DNA of 64,000 bases, taken from NCBI RefSeq assembly GCF_014378035.1, contig NZ_JACMOM010000320.1, forward strand, positions 1,495 through 65,494, in the 5' to 3' direction. Both the position numbers and the translations under genes were made by a program. The DNA is from Aeromicrobium sp. Its GTDB lineage: Bacteria > Actinomycetota > Actinomycetes > Propionibacteriales > Nocardioidaceae. Positions 31,583 through 42,122 of the stretch are shown piece by piece; the stretch's first letter is position 1, and every line of letters begins with the position of its first letter. The notes under the pieces were generated by a model, which was not told the origin of the DNA, did not search any database, and worked only from the letters and a program-made list of their open reading frames with translations.

Positions 31583-34500
31583 ATGTCCATCAAGGTCGCA
31601 CTCGAGCACCGCACCACGTACGACTTCGGACGGCCGGTTTCACTCGGCCCGCACGTCGTACGCCTGCGCCCCGCGCCGCACAGCCGTACCCCCATCGAGG
31701 CGTATTCGCTCACCGTCAGTCCGGGCACCCACTTCATCAACTGGCAGCAGGACCCCTTCGGCAACTGGCTCGCGAGGCTGGTGTTCCCCGAGAAGGTGAC
31801 GAAGCTCGACATCACCGTCGGCCTCGTGGCCGACCTGATGGTCGTCAACCCGTTCGACTTCTTCATCGAGGACTACGCCGAGACATTCCCCTTCACCTAC
31901 GAGGCCTCGCTCATGGCCGACCTCGCCCCCTACCTACGACCAGTCGGTGGCGACGGTGCTCAACAGCCCGGACCCGTGGTCACCGCCTTCCGCGAGGCCC
32001 TGCCTGAGCTCCCCGACGGCGGCATGGCGATGGTGCCGTTCCTGGTGCAGCTCAACGCTGCGGTCTACCGGGCGGTGACCTACTCGGTCCGCATGGAGGC
32101 TGGCGTGCAGTCGCCCGACGAGACATTGCGCCGGGGCGTCGGGTCGTGTCGTGACAGCGCCTGGCTGCTGGTGTCGCTGCTGCGTCAGCATGGTCTCGCG
32201 GCGCGCTTCGTGTCGGGCTATCTCGTCCAGCTCGCGTCCGACACCATGAGCCTCGACGGACCGAGCGGCCCCACCGAGGACTTCACCGACCTGCACGCGT
32301 GGGCGGAGGTCTTCGTGCCCGGCGCAGGGTGGATCGGTCTGGACCCGACGTCCTCGCTGTTCGCCGGCGAAGGACACATCCCGCTGTCAGCCACCCCGCA
32401 CCCGTCGTCGGCGGCCCCGATCTCCGGTGCGCTGATGGAGCAGGCCGAGGTGGGGTTCTCGTTCCACAACACCGTCCGTCGGATCCATGAGGATCCTCGT
32501 GTCACCAAGCCCTACACCGACGACCAGTGGGAGCGCATCGACTCACTCGGAGCCGCCGTCGACGTCCGGCTCGAAGCCGGCGACGTCCGGCTCACCCAAG
32601 GCGGTGAGCCGACGTTCGTGGGGCTCGACGACGTGACGTCCGAGCAGTGGAACACCGAGGCCGACGGCGAGGAGAAGAGGATCAAGGCCAGTGAGCTCGC
32701 CGGGCGGCTCCTCGAGGTCTACGCCGGTGGAGGGGTCGTGCACCGGGGGCAGGGCAAGTGGTATCCGGGCGAGCCGCTTCCGCGTTGGCAGATCGCGCTG
32801 CAGTGGCGCGGCGACGGTGTGCCGTTGTGGTCCGACCCGGGGTTGCTGGCCGACCCGTGGGACCCCGAGTCTGCCCAGACCGGTGCCCGCGCACAGGCGG
32901 AGGCGTTCGGGCGCGAGGTGACGCGCCTTCTCGGCCTGCCGGCCACCCAGCTGCGTCCCGCTTTCGAGGACCCGTTGTCCGAGCTGGTCGTCGCCCTGCG
33001 CCGGCCCGACGGCGATCGGCCGTCGCTCGACCCCGGGCATCCCGACGCCACCTGGGCCGCGGGTGTCGACGCCACCGTCACCGAGCCCACCGGGTGGGTG
33101 CTGCCACTCGTGCCGGGTGAGGAGTGGACGAGCCCCGACTGGTCGTTGAGGCGTGGACGGATCGTGCTCCTGCCCGGAACGTCGGCCGTGGGTCTGCGTC
33201 TGCCGCTCGACGCCATCACGTGGGAAGACCCCGAGGCGACGGGCGACCCGTCGTACGTCGAGGCCGGCCCCGCGCTCGTCGCCGGCATCCCGGCGGTGGC
33301 TGTCGTCGACCCCGTCAAAGAGCCGACCACGGCGCTCACGGTCGAGGGTCGCAACGGGTTCGTGCACGTGTTCCTACCGCCCACCGAGCGACTGGAGGAC
33401 TATGCCGACGTGCTGCGCGTCGTCGACCAGGCGGCGACGTCGCTCGGCCAGCGAATCGTGCTCGAGGGCTACGGTCCGCCCCCCGACTCGCGCCTGACGC
33501 AGCTGGTCGTGGCGAGCGACCCCGGCGTCATCGAGGTCAACGTCCACCCGACCGCCTCGTGGGCAGAGCTGCGGGAGCTGACCACGACCCTCTACGACAT
33601 TGCCCGTCAAGCACGGCTCACCACCGAGAAGTTCGACCTCGACGGCGTGCACACCGGTACGGGCGGCGGCAACCACATCACCCTGGGTGGGCAGGAGCCG
33701 GCCGCGTCCCCGATGCTGCGGCGTCCCGACCTGCTGGTCAGCCTGATGACCTATTGGCAGCGTCACCCCTCGCTGTCGTACCTGTTCTCCGGGCGGTTCA
33801 TCGGCCCCACCAGTCAAGCGCCCCGTTTCGACGAGGGCCGGCCGGAAGCGCTCTATGAGGCGGAGATCGCGTTCAGCGAGATCGACCGCCTCACCGCTTC
33901 GGCCGAGGAGCCTCGACCGTGGCTCGTCGACCGGGCGCTGAGGCACCTGCTCACCGACCTGACCGGCAACACCCACCGCGCCGAGTTCTGTGTCGACAAG
34001 ATGTACAGCCCGGACTCCTCACGCGGACGGCTCGGACTGCTGGAGCTGCGGGGGTTCGAGATGCCGCCCCATGCCCGGATGGCGCTCGTGCAGTCACTGC
34101 TGGTGCGTTCGCTCGTGGCGATGTTCTGGGAGAAGCCCTACCGTGCCCCGCTGGTGCGCTGGGGCACCGCGCTGCACGAGGACTTCCTGCTGCCGCACGG
34201 TGCGACACGCGACATCGGCTCGGTGGTCGCCGACCTGCGGGCGCACGGCATCGACTTCCAGGAGTCGTGGCTCGACCCGTTCACCGAGTTCCGGTTCCCG
34301 CGCATCGGGGTCACCCGCGCCGGCGACGTCGAGATCGAGCTCCGCTCGGCGATCGAGCCGTGGCACGTCCTGGGCGAGGAGGCGACGTCCGGCGGCATGG
34401 CACGCTACGTCGACTCATCCGTCGAGCGCCTGCAGGGGCTGGTGCGGAGTGTTCTGCCGCACCAGCACCTCGTGACGTGCCAAGGTGTCCCCGTGCCACT

Positions 34501-34915
34501 GACACCCACCGGCGTCGCCGGCGAGTTCTTCGCCGGGGTCCGCTACCGCGCCTGGCAGCCGCCCTCCGCGCTGCACCCGTCGATCGAGGTGCACTCACCC
34601 TTGAGGTTCGACGTCATCGATGTCCCGTCGGCGACCTCGCTGGGCGGGGCGACCTATCACGTCGTGCATCCCGGCGGACGCGCCCACGATCATCCGCCGA
34701 TCAACGCCCGTGAGGCCGAGGCGCGCCGGTCGAGCCGCTTCGAGCCGTTCGGGCACACGCCCGGCGCGGTCGACGTGGCCGCGATGCAGGAGGCCGGACG
34801 TCGTGCCGCCAGTGACGAGTACCCCCATACGCTCGACCTGCGTCGAACGGTTCCCGCCGGCACCACACGCAGCGCGACCGTGCCTGAGGACGCTGCCCAC
34901 GGAGACGATTCGTGA
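31583..34915 (+). CDS. Transglutaminase + DUF2126 (putative amidoligase) fusion protein
   Basis: N-terminal bacterial transglutaminase domain; triad GSCRDSAW/DLHAWAEV/GWIGLDPT; long C-terminus with GGEPTFV, DPGVIEVN, GTGGGNH, GNTHRAEFC, ELRGFEMPPH; similar to Mtb Rv2566. Confidence 0.88.
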   Translation: MSIKVALEHRTTYDFGRPVSLGPHVVRLRPAPHSRTPIEAYSLTVSPGTHFINWQQDPFGNWLARLVFPEKVTKLDITVGLVADLMVVNPFDFFIEDYAETFPFTYEASLMADLAPYLRPVGGDGAQQPGPVVTAFREALPELPDGGMAMVPFLVQLNAAVYRAVTYSVRMEAGVQSPDETLRRGVGSCRDSAWLLVSLLRQHGLAARFVSGYLVQLASDTMSLDGPSGPTEDFTDLHAWAEVFVPGAGWIGLDPTSSLFAGEGHIPLSATPHPSSAAPISGALMEQAEVGFSFHNTVRRIHEDPRVTKPYTDDQWERIDSLGAAVDVRLEAGDVRLTQGGEPTFVGLDDVTSEQWNTEADGEEKRIKASELAGRLLEVYAGGGVVHRGQGKWYPGEPLPRWQIALQWRGDGVPLWSDPGLLADPWDPESAQTGARAQAEAFGREVTRLLGLPATQLRPAFEDPLSELVVALRRPDGDRPSLDPGHPDATWAAGVDATVTEPTGWVLPLVPGEEWTSPDWSLRRGRIVLLPGTSAVGLRLPLDAITWEDPEATGDPSYVEAGPALVAGIPAVAVVDPVKEPTTALTVEGRNGFVHVFLPPTERLEDYADVLRVVDQAATSLGQRIVLEGYGPPPDSRLTQLVVASDPGVIEVNVHPTASWAELRELTTTLYDIARQARLTTEKFDLDGVHTGTGGGNHITLGGQEPAASPMLRRPDLLVSLMTYWQRHPSLSYLFSGRFIGPTSQAPRFDEGRPEALYEAEIAFSEIDRLTASAEEPRPWLVDRALRHLLTDLTGNTHRAEFCVDKMYSPDSSRGRLGLLELRGFEMPPHARMALVQSLLVRSLVAMFWEKPYRAPLVRWGTALHEDFLLPHGATRDIGSVVADLRAHGIDFQESWLDPFTEFRFPRIGVTRAGDVEIELRSAIEPWHVLGEEATSGGMARYVDSSVERLQGLVRSVLPHQHLVTCQGVPVPLTPTGVAGEFFAGVRYRAWQPPSALHPSIEVHSPLRFDVIDVPSATSLGGATYHVVHPGGRAHDHPPINAREAEARRSSRFEPFGHTPGAVDVAAMQEAGRRAASDEYPHTLDLRRTVPAGTTRSATVPEDAAHGDDS

Positions 34916-37377
34916 CCGCACTTCGCGACTACTCCGCCGCCATCACGCAGCCGACCCTCACCACGGAGGCCCCGCACTACGACGAGGTCGTCGCTGCCGA
35001 CGGCACTCTGCGGCCGGGGTGGCGGATGCTCGCCGAGAGCGCCATCCAGATCACCGAGGCCGACCTGCGACGGGTCAGCGGTGACATCGAGAGGTTTCTG
35101 GCCAACGACGGTGTCACGTACACGCCGCCGGAGCAGGAGCCCGGGCCGTGGCGGCTCGACCCCTTCCCGCTGATCATCGATGCGGCGGAATGGGTGCCGC
35201 TCGAAGTGGGCCTCGCGCAGCGGACAGAGCTGCTGAACGCGATCCTGGTCGATCTCTACGGGCCGCAGCGTCTGCTGTCGTCGGGGGTTCTCCCACCCTC
35301 GGTCGTCTTCGGCCACCAGGGTTTTTTGCGCGTCGGGGCCCGTGCCTCGGCGAGTGACCCCCACCCGTTGCTGCTCTCGGCAGCCGACCTCGGTCGCAAC
35401 GCCGCGGGGGAGTGGCAGGTGCTCGCCGACCGCGCCCAGGCGCCGTCGGGCATCGGTTACGCCATGGAGAACCGTCGGGTCATCTCCCGGGTCATGCCAG
35501 AGCTCTACCGACAGGCGGGCTTGCACCGCATGGCTCCGTTCTTCCAGGCGATGCGATCGACACTGATCGACTCCGCGCCGGGCAACAGCCCGAACCCACG
35601 CGTGGTGGTGCTCTCGCCGGGCACCCACTCCGAGACCGCCTACGACCAGGCGTTCGTCGCGTCGAGCCTGGGCTTCCCGCTGGTCGAGGGCAGCGACCTC
35701 GTCATGCGCGAGGGTGCCGTGTGGTTGCGGGTGCTCGGGCGGCTCGAGCGGGTTGACGTCATCCTGCGCCGCGTCGATGCTGCCTGGAGCGACGCGCTCG
35801 AGCTCCGCAAGAACTCACAGCTCGGGGTGGCGGGGCTGTCCGAAGCCGTTCGGCGAGGCTCCGTGCGCGTCGTCAACGGCCTCGGCGCGGGCGTGCTCGA
35901 GAACCCGGCGCTCCTGCCGTTCATGTCAGCGATGTGCGAGACCCTGCTCGACGAGCCGCTGCGACTGCCGTCGGTGCAGACCTACTGGGCTGGCGACGAC
36001 CGCTCGCTGGCCTACATCCTCGACAACCTCGACGGCCTCGTCATCCGGGCCATCGACAGCCCACTCGACGTCGACCACCTGCCCGCAGATGAGCTGCGTG
36101 ACATCATCCGCGGCGAGCCACACCGTTACGTCGGACAGGAGCCGCTCGCGCTGTCACAGTCGCCGACCCTCGATGTCCGTGGCGTGCGTCCGCAGGTGCT
36201 GACGCTGCGAACGTTCACCCTGCGCTACGGCTCGACCTACCGGCCGCTCGTCGGAGGGTTGGCCACGGTGTTCGAGGCGGGGCTGCCGGCGTCGAGCAAG
36301 GACGTCTGGGTGCTGAAGGACAAGCCCGACGACGCCGACCAGGGCCTGACGGACGTGCTGCCGCTGACCAACGTGCGGGCGCCCGTGGCGATGGTGCCGC
36401 GCGTGCTCGAGGACATGTTCTGGTTCGGGCGCTATGCCGAACGCGCCGAAGACATGCTCCGGCTCGTGCTGACGGCGCACGCCAGCGCCGAGGACTTCCG
36501 GTCGCGGCCACAGACGGCGGGCGGAGCGAGCCTCGCGGTGCTCATGACGGCGATCGCGCGCCTCAGCGGTGCTCCCTTCGAGGAGGGGCAGCTCGACGAG
36601 GACTTCCGATCGCTGCTGCTCGATGCACACCGGCCCGGCTCGGTCGCCCAGTCCATCAGCGCCCTGCGTGAAACGGCGCAGAGCGTCCGCGACCAGCTCT
36701 CGCCCGACACGTGGCAGGCGTTCAGCTCGACCGATCGTGCGTCGTCCGCCCTGGTCAGCTACCACTACAGCCACCAGGTCGCTGAGAGCGCGGGCCGCAT
36801 GCTCACCGGCATCCTGTCGTTGCAGGGGGTCACGTCCAACATGATGCGCGACCCGGGCTCACGCATGATTGGCGCCGGTCGAGCCATCGAGCGTGGACTC
36901 CAGCTGTGCCACCTGCTGCGCTCGACCACGACCGTACGTCGTGGCATCGACGTCGATCGCGACGTGCACAACGCCGTGCTTTCTGCTGCGGAGAGTGCCG
37001 TGACGCACCGGCGTCGCTACCGCGGCTACGTACGTCTGGCTGGCGTGCTCGAGCTTCTGCTGCTCGACGCCGACAACCCGCGCTCGCTGGCGTTCGGGAT
37101 AGCCGATCTGCGCCAGAACCTCACCGCCATGCCCGGCTCCACCGGGTCCACTCGCCCCGAGCGGCTGCTCGACGACCTCGCCGACGAGCTCGAACGCGTC
37201 GAGATCGCTGCGCTCACGGCCATTGATGGTGAGAACCGACCCAACCTCGAGCGCTTCCTCGATGGCTACCGCAACCAGCTGACCCGTTTCGCGGACGCCG
37301 TCGGCGAGCTGCACTTCGCCCCCGCACCGGTACCGCGCTCGTTCGGCTTCGCCAACGCCCAGGCGGTCGAGGAATGA
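34912..37377 (+). CDS. Circularly permuted type 2 ATP-grasp protein fused to an alpha-E (DUF403) domain
   Basis: DRAQAPSGIGYAMENR, VILRRVD, VNGLGAGVLE, SKDVWV; alpha-E ER motifs WFGRYAERAE and GRAIERG; similar to Rv2567. Confidence 0.88.
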   Translation: MTALRDYSAAITQPTLTTEAPHYDEVVAADGTLRPGWRMLAESAIQITEADLRRVSGDIERFLANDGVTYTPPEQEPGPWRLDPFPLIIDAAEWVPLEVGLAQRTELLNAILVDLYGPQRLLSSGVLPPSVVFGHQGFLRVGARASASDPHPLLLSAADLGRNAAGEWQVLADRAQAPSGIGYAMENRRVISRVMPELYRQAGLHRMAPFFQAMRSTLIDSAPGNSPNPRVVVLSPGTHSETAYDQAFVASSLGFPLVEGSDLVMREGAVWLRVLGRLERVDVILRRVDAAWSDALELRKNSQLGVAGLSEAVRRGSVRVVNGLGAGVLENPALLPFMSAMCETLLDEPLRLPSVQTYWAGDDRSLAYILDNLDGLVIRAIDSPLDVDHLPADELRDIIRGEPHRYVGQEPLALSQSPTLDVRGVRPQVLTLRTFTLRYGSTYRPLVGGLATVFEAGLPASSKDVWVLKDKPDDADQGLTDVLPLTNVRAPVAMVPRVLEDMFWFGRYAERAEDMLRLVLTAHASAEDFRSRPQTAGGASLAVLMTAIARLSGAPFEEGQLDEDFRSLLLDAHRPGSVAQSISALRETAQSVRDQLSPDTWQAFSSTDRASSALVSYHYSHQVAESAGRMLTGILSLQGVTSNMMRDPGSRMIGAGRAIERGLQLCHLLRSTTTVRRGIDVDRDVHNAVLSAAESAVTHRRRYRGYVRLAGVLELLLLDADNPRSLAFGIADLRQNLTAMPGSTGSTRPERLLDDLADELERVEIAALTAIDGENRPNLERFLDGYRNQLTRFADAVGELHFAPAPVPRSFGFANAQAVEE

Positions 37378-38258
37378 GATATCGGGTCTCCCACCGCACG
37401 ACGTACTCCTACGACGAGGACGTCAGCGACAGCCTCGGCATCGCCTACCTCGTGCCACGTGAGCTGCCGTGGCAGCAGGTGGCGTCCCACGCCATCGTCA
37501 TCGACCCGGCTGCGTCGGACTGCACCGACGACACCGACTACTACGGCAACACCGTCACCTACTTCCAGGTCACGACACCGCACCAGCAGCTCGAGATCCT
37601 CGCCACGAGCGAGGTCGAGGTCGAGGCGCCGACCTATGACCAGACCACGCTCGACGTTCCGTGGGAGAGCGCACGGCCGATGCTGCGAGGTGACGACGTC
37701 GCGGACGCGTGGAAGGTGCAAGACTTCGCGCTGGCGTCGTCGCTGGCCGACCACACGGCGGAGGCGCACGCCTATGCCGCACTGTCACTGACGCCGGGAC
37801 GACCCATCGGCGACGCCGTCACCGACCTGATGCATCGCGTGCACGCCGACTTCGCGTACGACAAGACCGCCACGACCGTGACCACCACAGTCGACGACAT
37901 CTTCGACAAGCGAGCAGGGGTCTGCCAGGACTTCGCCCACCTGACGCTTGCCTGCCTGCGCACCCACGGCCTGGCCGTGCGTTACACCAGTGGCTATCTC
38001 GCGACGACACCTCCGCCGGGCAAGGAGCGCATTGTCGGCGCCGATGCCACCCATGCGTGGGCGGCGGTGTGGATCCCGAACGGCGGCTGGCTGGCCCTCG
38101 ACCCGGCCAACGACCAGTGGGCCAACGATCGCTACGTCACGTTGGCGTGGGGACGCGACTACGCCGACGTGCCGCCGGTCAAGGGCGTCATCTTCACCGA
38201 GGCCAAGAAGTCGTCGCTCGCGGTCGAGGTCGACGTGGCGCCAGCCCACGAGGGGTGA
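37374..38258 (+). CDS. Transglutaminase-like protein
   Basis: YRVSHRTTYSY, GVCQDFAH, ATHAWA, WLALDPAN, AWGRDYADVPP. Confidence 0.9.
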   Translation: MRYRVSHRTTYSYDEDVSDSLGIAYLVPRELPWQQVASHAIVIDPAASDCTDDTDYYGNTVTYFQVTTPHQQLEILATSEVEVEAPTYDQTTLDVPWESARPMLRGDDVADAWKVQDFALASSLADHTAEAHAYAALSLTPGRPIGDAVTDLMHRVHADFAYDKTATTVTTTVDDIFDKRAGVCQDFAHLTLACLRTHGLAVRYTSGYLATTPPPGKERIVGADATHAWAAVWIPNGGWLALDPANDQWANDRYVTLAWGRDYADVPPVKGVIFTEAKKSSLAVEVDVAPAHEG

Positions 38259-38301
38259 CCCGCGCATGCGCGGGCTCCGGCGACGTTGAAAGAATGGTGG
38301 A

Positions 38302-39285
38302 GTGAGGGTCTTCTCCTGTCGCGTGTGCGGCAGCTCGCTGTTCTTCGAGAACACGATCTGTGTCTCCTGCCAGACCGACCTGGCGTTCTCCCGTGAAGAA
38401 CGGGCCATCGTCCCGGTCGACGACAACGGCCGGTACGTCGACGCCGACGGCAGCACCTGGTACAGGTGCACCAACCTGGCCCTCTCGGGATGCACGTGGT
38501 TGACCGAGGTACCCGGTGGCTACTGCTTCAGCTGCGGATTGACCCGCACCCGCCCGAGCGACGAAGACCTTGGGGGTCTCAGGGAGTTCAAGATCGCCGA
38601 GGAGGCCAAACGTCGTCTCGTGGTCGAGCTCGACACTCTGGGGTTCCCGATCGTCCCCCGCAGCCAGGACGAGGAGAACGGTCTCGCGTTCGACCTGCTG
38701 TCGAGCGTCGCCGAGGACGTCACGACGGGTCACGAGAGCGGCGTCATCACGCTCGACCTCGCCGAGAGCGACGACGCTCACCGCGAGAAGGTGCGGGTCG
38801 ACCTCGACGAGCCCTACCGCACGATGCTGGGCCACTTCCGCCACGAGATCGGGCACTACATCGAGTGGCAGCACGTTCGCGGCGCCCTGATCCAGCAGGC
38901 CAGGGATCTGTTCGGCAACGAGGAGGACAACTACGCCGACGCCATCGAGAGGCACTATGCGAAGGGCCCGCCGGCAGGCTGGGAAGATCATTACATCAGC
39001 AGGTACGCGACCATGCACCCGTTCGAGGACTTCGCCGAGACCTTCGCGCATTACCTGCACATCTGCGACACGATCGAGACGGCGTCGGCTCACAATCTCG
39101 CGGCCGTCGCGGAGCCGCAGGAGTCCGCATCGTTTCGCGACCTGGTGATCGAGGTCTGGATCCCGTTGAGCATCGCCCTCAACCAGATCAACCGCAGCAT
39201 GGGAAAGGGTGCGCTGTACCCATTCGTCATCCCGGCGCCTGTGCTCGACAAGCTCCAGTTCGTCGCACAGCTGCCGCGCCGCTGA
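38302..39285 (+). CDS. Zinc-ribbon + putative zinc metallopeptidase (DUF2248-like)
   Basis: CRVC...FFENTICVSC, further Cys clusters, HFRHEIGHY (HExxH), HPFEDFAETFAHYLH. Confidence 0.85.
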   Translation: MRVFSCRVCGSSLFFENTICVSCQTDLAFSREERAIVPVDDNGRYVDADGSTWYRCTNLALSGCTWLTEVPGGYCFSCGLTRTRPSDEDLGGLREFKIAEEAKRRLVVELDTLGFPIVPRSQDEENGLAFDLLSSVAEDVTTGHESGVITLDLAESDDAHREKVRVDLDEPYRTMLGHFRHEIGHYIEWQHVRGALIQQARDLFGNEEDNYADAIERHYAKGPPAGWEDHYISRYATMHPFEDFAETFAHYLHICDTIETASAHNLAAVAEPQESASFRDLVIEVWIPLSIALNQINRSMGKGALYPFVIPAPVLDKLQFVAQLPRR

Positions 39286-39324
39286 CGATTTCGGGCTCTC
39301 GTCACCGGGTGAGAGAATGGTGAG

Positions 39325-40452
39325 GTGTCTGAGTCTTCCCGCAACCTCCCGCTCGTCTTCGAGCAGCCGCGTGGGCGCAAGAAGCCCCCGCGCCACCTCG
39401 CTGACCTGAGCGCCGATGAGCGCACTGCCGTTGCCGAGACGCTCGGTGAGCCGGCCTTCCGCGTCAAGCAGGTGGCCCACCACTACTACGGACGTCTCGA
39501 GCGCGACCCCGCCAACATGACCGACCTCCCGGCTGCGAGCCGCGACCGCATCGTCGCCGAGCTGCTGCCGACGCTGCTCAACCCGCTGCGCACCCTCGAG
39601 GCCGACAAGGGAACCACCCGCAAGACGCTGTGGAAGCTCTTCGACGGCGCCCTCGTCGAGTCGGTCCTGATGCGCTACGCCGATCGCGCCACGATCTGTG
39701 TGTCGAGCCAGGCCGGCTGTGGCATGGCGTGCCCGTTCTGCGCCACGGGCCAGGGTGGGCTCGAGCGCAACATGAGCTGCGCCGAGATCGTCGACCAGGT
39801 CGTCGACGGTGCGAGTGCGATGGCCACGGGAAAGGTGGCCGGTGGTCCCGGTCGGTTGTCCAACGTCGTCTTCATGGGCATGGGCGAGCCGATGGCCAAC
39901 TACAAGGCCGTCATCGGCGCTGTCCGGCGCATGGTCGCGCCGACTCCCGACGGCCTCGGGATGTCGGCTCGCAACATCACGATCAGCACAGTCGGCCTGG
40001 TCCCGCGCATGAAGCAGCTCGCCACCGAGGGCATCCCTGTCACGCTCGCCCTGTCACTGCACGCACCCGACGACGAGCTGCGCAACGAGCTCGTGCCAAT
40101 CAACACCCGCTGGTCCGTGCACGAGGCGGTCGGAGCGGCGTGGGAGTACGCGGAGACCACCAAGCGCCGCGTCTCCATCGAGTACGCCATGATCAAGGAC
40201 ATCAACGATCAGGCGTGGCGCGCCGACCTGCTCGGCGACGTGCTGCAGTCGTACGGCGACTGGGGATGGGTGCACGTCAACCTGATCCCGCTCAACCCCA
40301 CTCCCGGCTCCAAGTGGACAGCCTCGCGGCCCGAGGACGAGCGCGAGTTCGTCCGCCGGCTCATCGCCAAGGGCATCCCCACGACGGTCCGCGACACCCG
40401 GGGCAGCGACATCGACGGCGCGTGCGGCCAGCTCGCCGCGGTGGAAGTCTGA
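39325..40452 (+). CDS. rlmN: 23S rRNA (A2503-C2) methyltransferase
   Basis: [18 protein letters not shown] radical-SAM motif, [15 protein letters not shown]. Confidence 0.97.
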   Translation: MSESSRNLPLVFEQPRGRKKPPRHLADLSADERTAVAETLGEPAFRVKQVAHHYYGRLERDPANMTDLPAASRDRIVAELLPTLLNPLRTLEADKGTTRKTLWKLFDGALVESVLMRYADRATICVSSQAGCGMACPFCATGQGGLERNMSCAEIVDQVVDGASAMATGKVAGGPGRLSNVVFMGMGEPMANYKAVIGAVRRMVAPTPDGLGMSARNITISTVGLVPRMKQLATEGIPVTLALSLHAPDDELRNELVPINTRWSVHEAVGAAWEYAETTKRRVSIEYAMIKDINDQAWRADLLGDVLQSYGDWGWVHVNLIPLNPTPGSKWTASRPEDEREFVRRLIAKGIPTTVRDTRGSDIDGACGQLAAVEV

Positions 40453-40454
40453 GC

Positions 40455-41249
40455 GTGTCGGCCCGCCCCCGGCTGCTCGCGACCGACCTCGACGGAACGC
40501 TGCTCCGCAGCGACGGCTCGCTCTCCACCCGTACGCGCGACGCGATTGCCGCTGCCGCGGCGTCCGGTGTGCCGACGCTGTTCGTCACTGCCCGACCACC
40601 TCGCTGGCTCGATGAGCTGGCTCATGCGGTGGGCGAGCACGGTGTGGCGATCTGCGGCAACGGTGCTTTCGTCTACGACGTGGCGTCACGGACCGTGTCG
40701 TCGAGTCGTAGCTTCGACCGGGCCGACATCGCGGCCGTCGTCACCGACCTGCGCGCCGCTATTCCTGACGTGGCATTCGCCGTCGAGCGGGCCGACGGCA
40801 TGGGCAGGGAGCCGGCCTACATCTACGCCGGGGAGTTCGACGACGGTCACGTGGTGGGTCCGTTCGCGGAGATCGCCGGGTCGACGGTCGGCAAGCTGCT
40901 CGCCAGGTCCGCTGCCTCCCGGCCTGATGATTTCCTCAGTCTGGTGGCGCAGGTCGTCGGCGGCAGGGTCGAGCTCGGCTTCTCCGGTGCGATGGGGCTC
41001 GCGGAAATGACGGCCCCCGGCGTCACGAAGGCCACGGGCCTCGCGGCGTGGTGCGACGAGCGCTCAATCAGGTCCTCGGAGGTGTGGGCCTGCGGCGACA
41101 TGCCCAACGACCTGCCGATGCTGGCCTGGGCCGGCCGCAGCTTCGCCGTCGCCAACGCCCACCCGGAGGTGCTCGCCGCCGCCACGGACCGCATCTCCTC
41201 CAATGACGAGGACGGTGTCGCCAGCCTTCTCGAGTCGTTCGCGATCTGA
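40455..41249 (+). CDS. Cof-type HAD-IIB hydrolase
   Basis: ATDLDGTLL, VTARP, GVTKATGL, GDMPNDLPML. Confidence 0.92.
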   Translation: MSARPRLLATDLDGTLLRSDGSLSTRTRDAIAAAAASGVPTLFVTARPPRWLDELAHAVGEHGVAICGNGAFVYDVASRTVSSSRSFDRADIAAVVTDLRAAIPDVAFAVERADGMGREPAYIYAGEFDDGHVVGPFAEIAGSTVGKLLARSAASRPDDFLSLVAQVVGGRVELGFSGAMGLAEMTAPGVTKATGLAAWCDERSIRSSEVWACGDMPNDLPMLAWAGRSFAVANAHPEVLAAATDRISSNDEDGVASLLESFAI

Positions 41250-41336
41250 GCTCTCGGCCCGTTGGCCTTCCCGGTGGCTTCGGCGTCGGGGCCGATACGG
41301 TGAGGCGAGCCCCATCCGTTCCAGTCCAGGAGAGAC

Positions 41337-42056
41337 ATGATCGCCAGCGCCCGTGACGGAGACGTCGTCGTCATCGAGCTGCAGCGTGAACGTCGGCGCA
41401 ACGCACTCAACCTCGAGCTGTGCACCGCGATCCACGACGCAGTCGACGAGGCGGTCATCGGGGGAGCGCGGGCCATCGTCATCACCGGGAGGGGCACGGC
41501 TTTCTGCGCCGGAGCCGACCTCGACGGGGTGTACGGTCCCGAATTTCTCGAGGCGCTCTACGGGATGCTGCACCACCTCACCAAGGTGCCGGTGCCGATC
41601 ATCGCGGCCGTCAACGGCCCCGCCATCGGAGCGGGCACCCAGCTCGCCATTGCCTGCGACCTGCGGGTGGTCGAGGAGACCGCGAAGTTCGCTGTGCCGA
41701 CGGCCCGCAACGGCATGGCCGTCGACGCGTGGACGATCCGCACCCTCGCCGAGCTCGCCGGCGCCGGCCCGGCGCGCCGGCTGGTGCTCGCCGCCGGGGC
41801 CCTCGACCGTGGTTCCGCGCTGGCGTGCGGGTTGGCCGACCGACCTGGCACCACGGCCGACGCGCTCTCGTGGGCTCACGACATCGCCACGCTCGCACCA
41901 TTGGCACTTGCGCACAACAAGCTCGTCCTCAACAGCACCGTGGCAGACGACCCTGCGACCCGCGCCAGCTTCACCGATGTCTGGGCCAGCGTCGACGTGC
42001 AGGAGGCGGCGACCGCCAGGGTCGAGAAGCGCACGCCGGTCTTCCGCGGGGTCTGA
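41337..42056 (+). CDS. Enoyl-CoA hydratase-like protein, EchA6-like (lacks the catalytic glutamates)
   Basis: IELQRERRRNALN, FCAGADL, GPAIGAGTQLA, FAVPTARNG, WASVDVQEA..ARVEKRTPVF. Confidence 0.85.
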   Translation: MIASARDGDVVVIELQRERRRNALNLELCTAIHDAVDEAVIGGARAIVITGRGTAFCAGADLDGVYGPEFLEALYGMLHHLTKVPVPIIAAVNGPAIGAGTQLAIACDLRVVEETAKFAVPTARNGMAVDAWTIRTLAELAGAGPARRLVLAAGALDRGSALACGLADRPGTTADALSWAHDIATLAPLALAHNKLVLNSTVADDPATRASFTDVWASVDVQEAATARVEKRTPVFRGV

Positions 42057-42122
42057 GCGGTCCAGTCTGAGCGGCCCCAGTCTGGGCGCACGGTCGAGCG
42101 CCCCGGGTGACACGATGGACAC

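Noticed and set aside
39630-40454. Long N-terminal extension of the HAD hydrolase (and similarly 58168-59091 for ispG and 12778-13185 for the ABC gene)
   Set aside because: These are off-frame overlaps with the upstream gene; the real starts are at the downstream coupled start codons.
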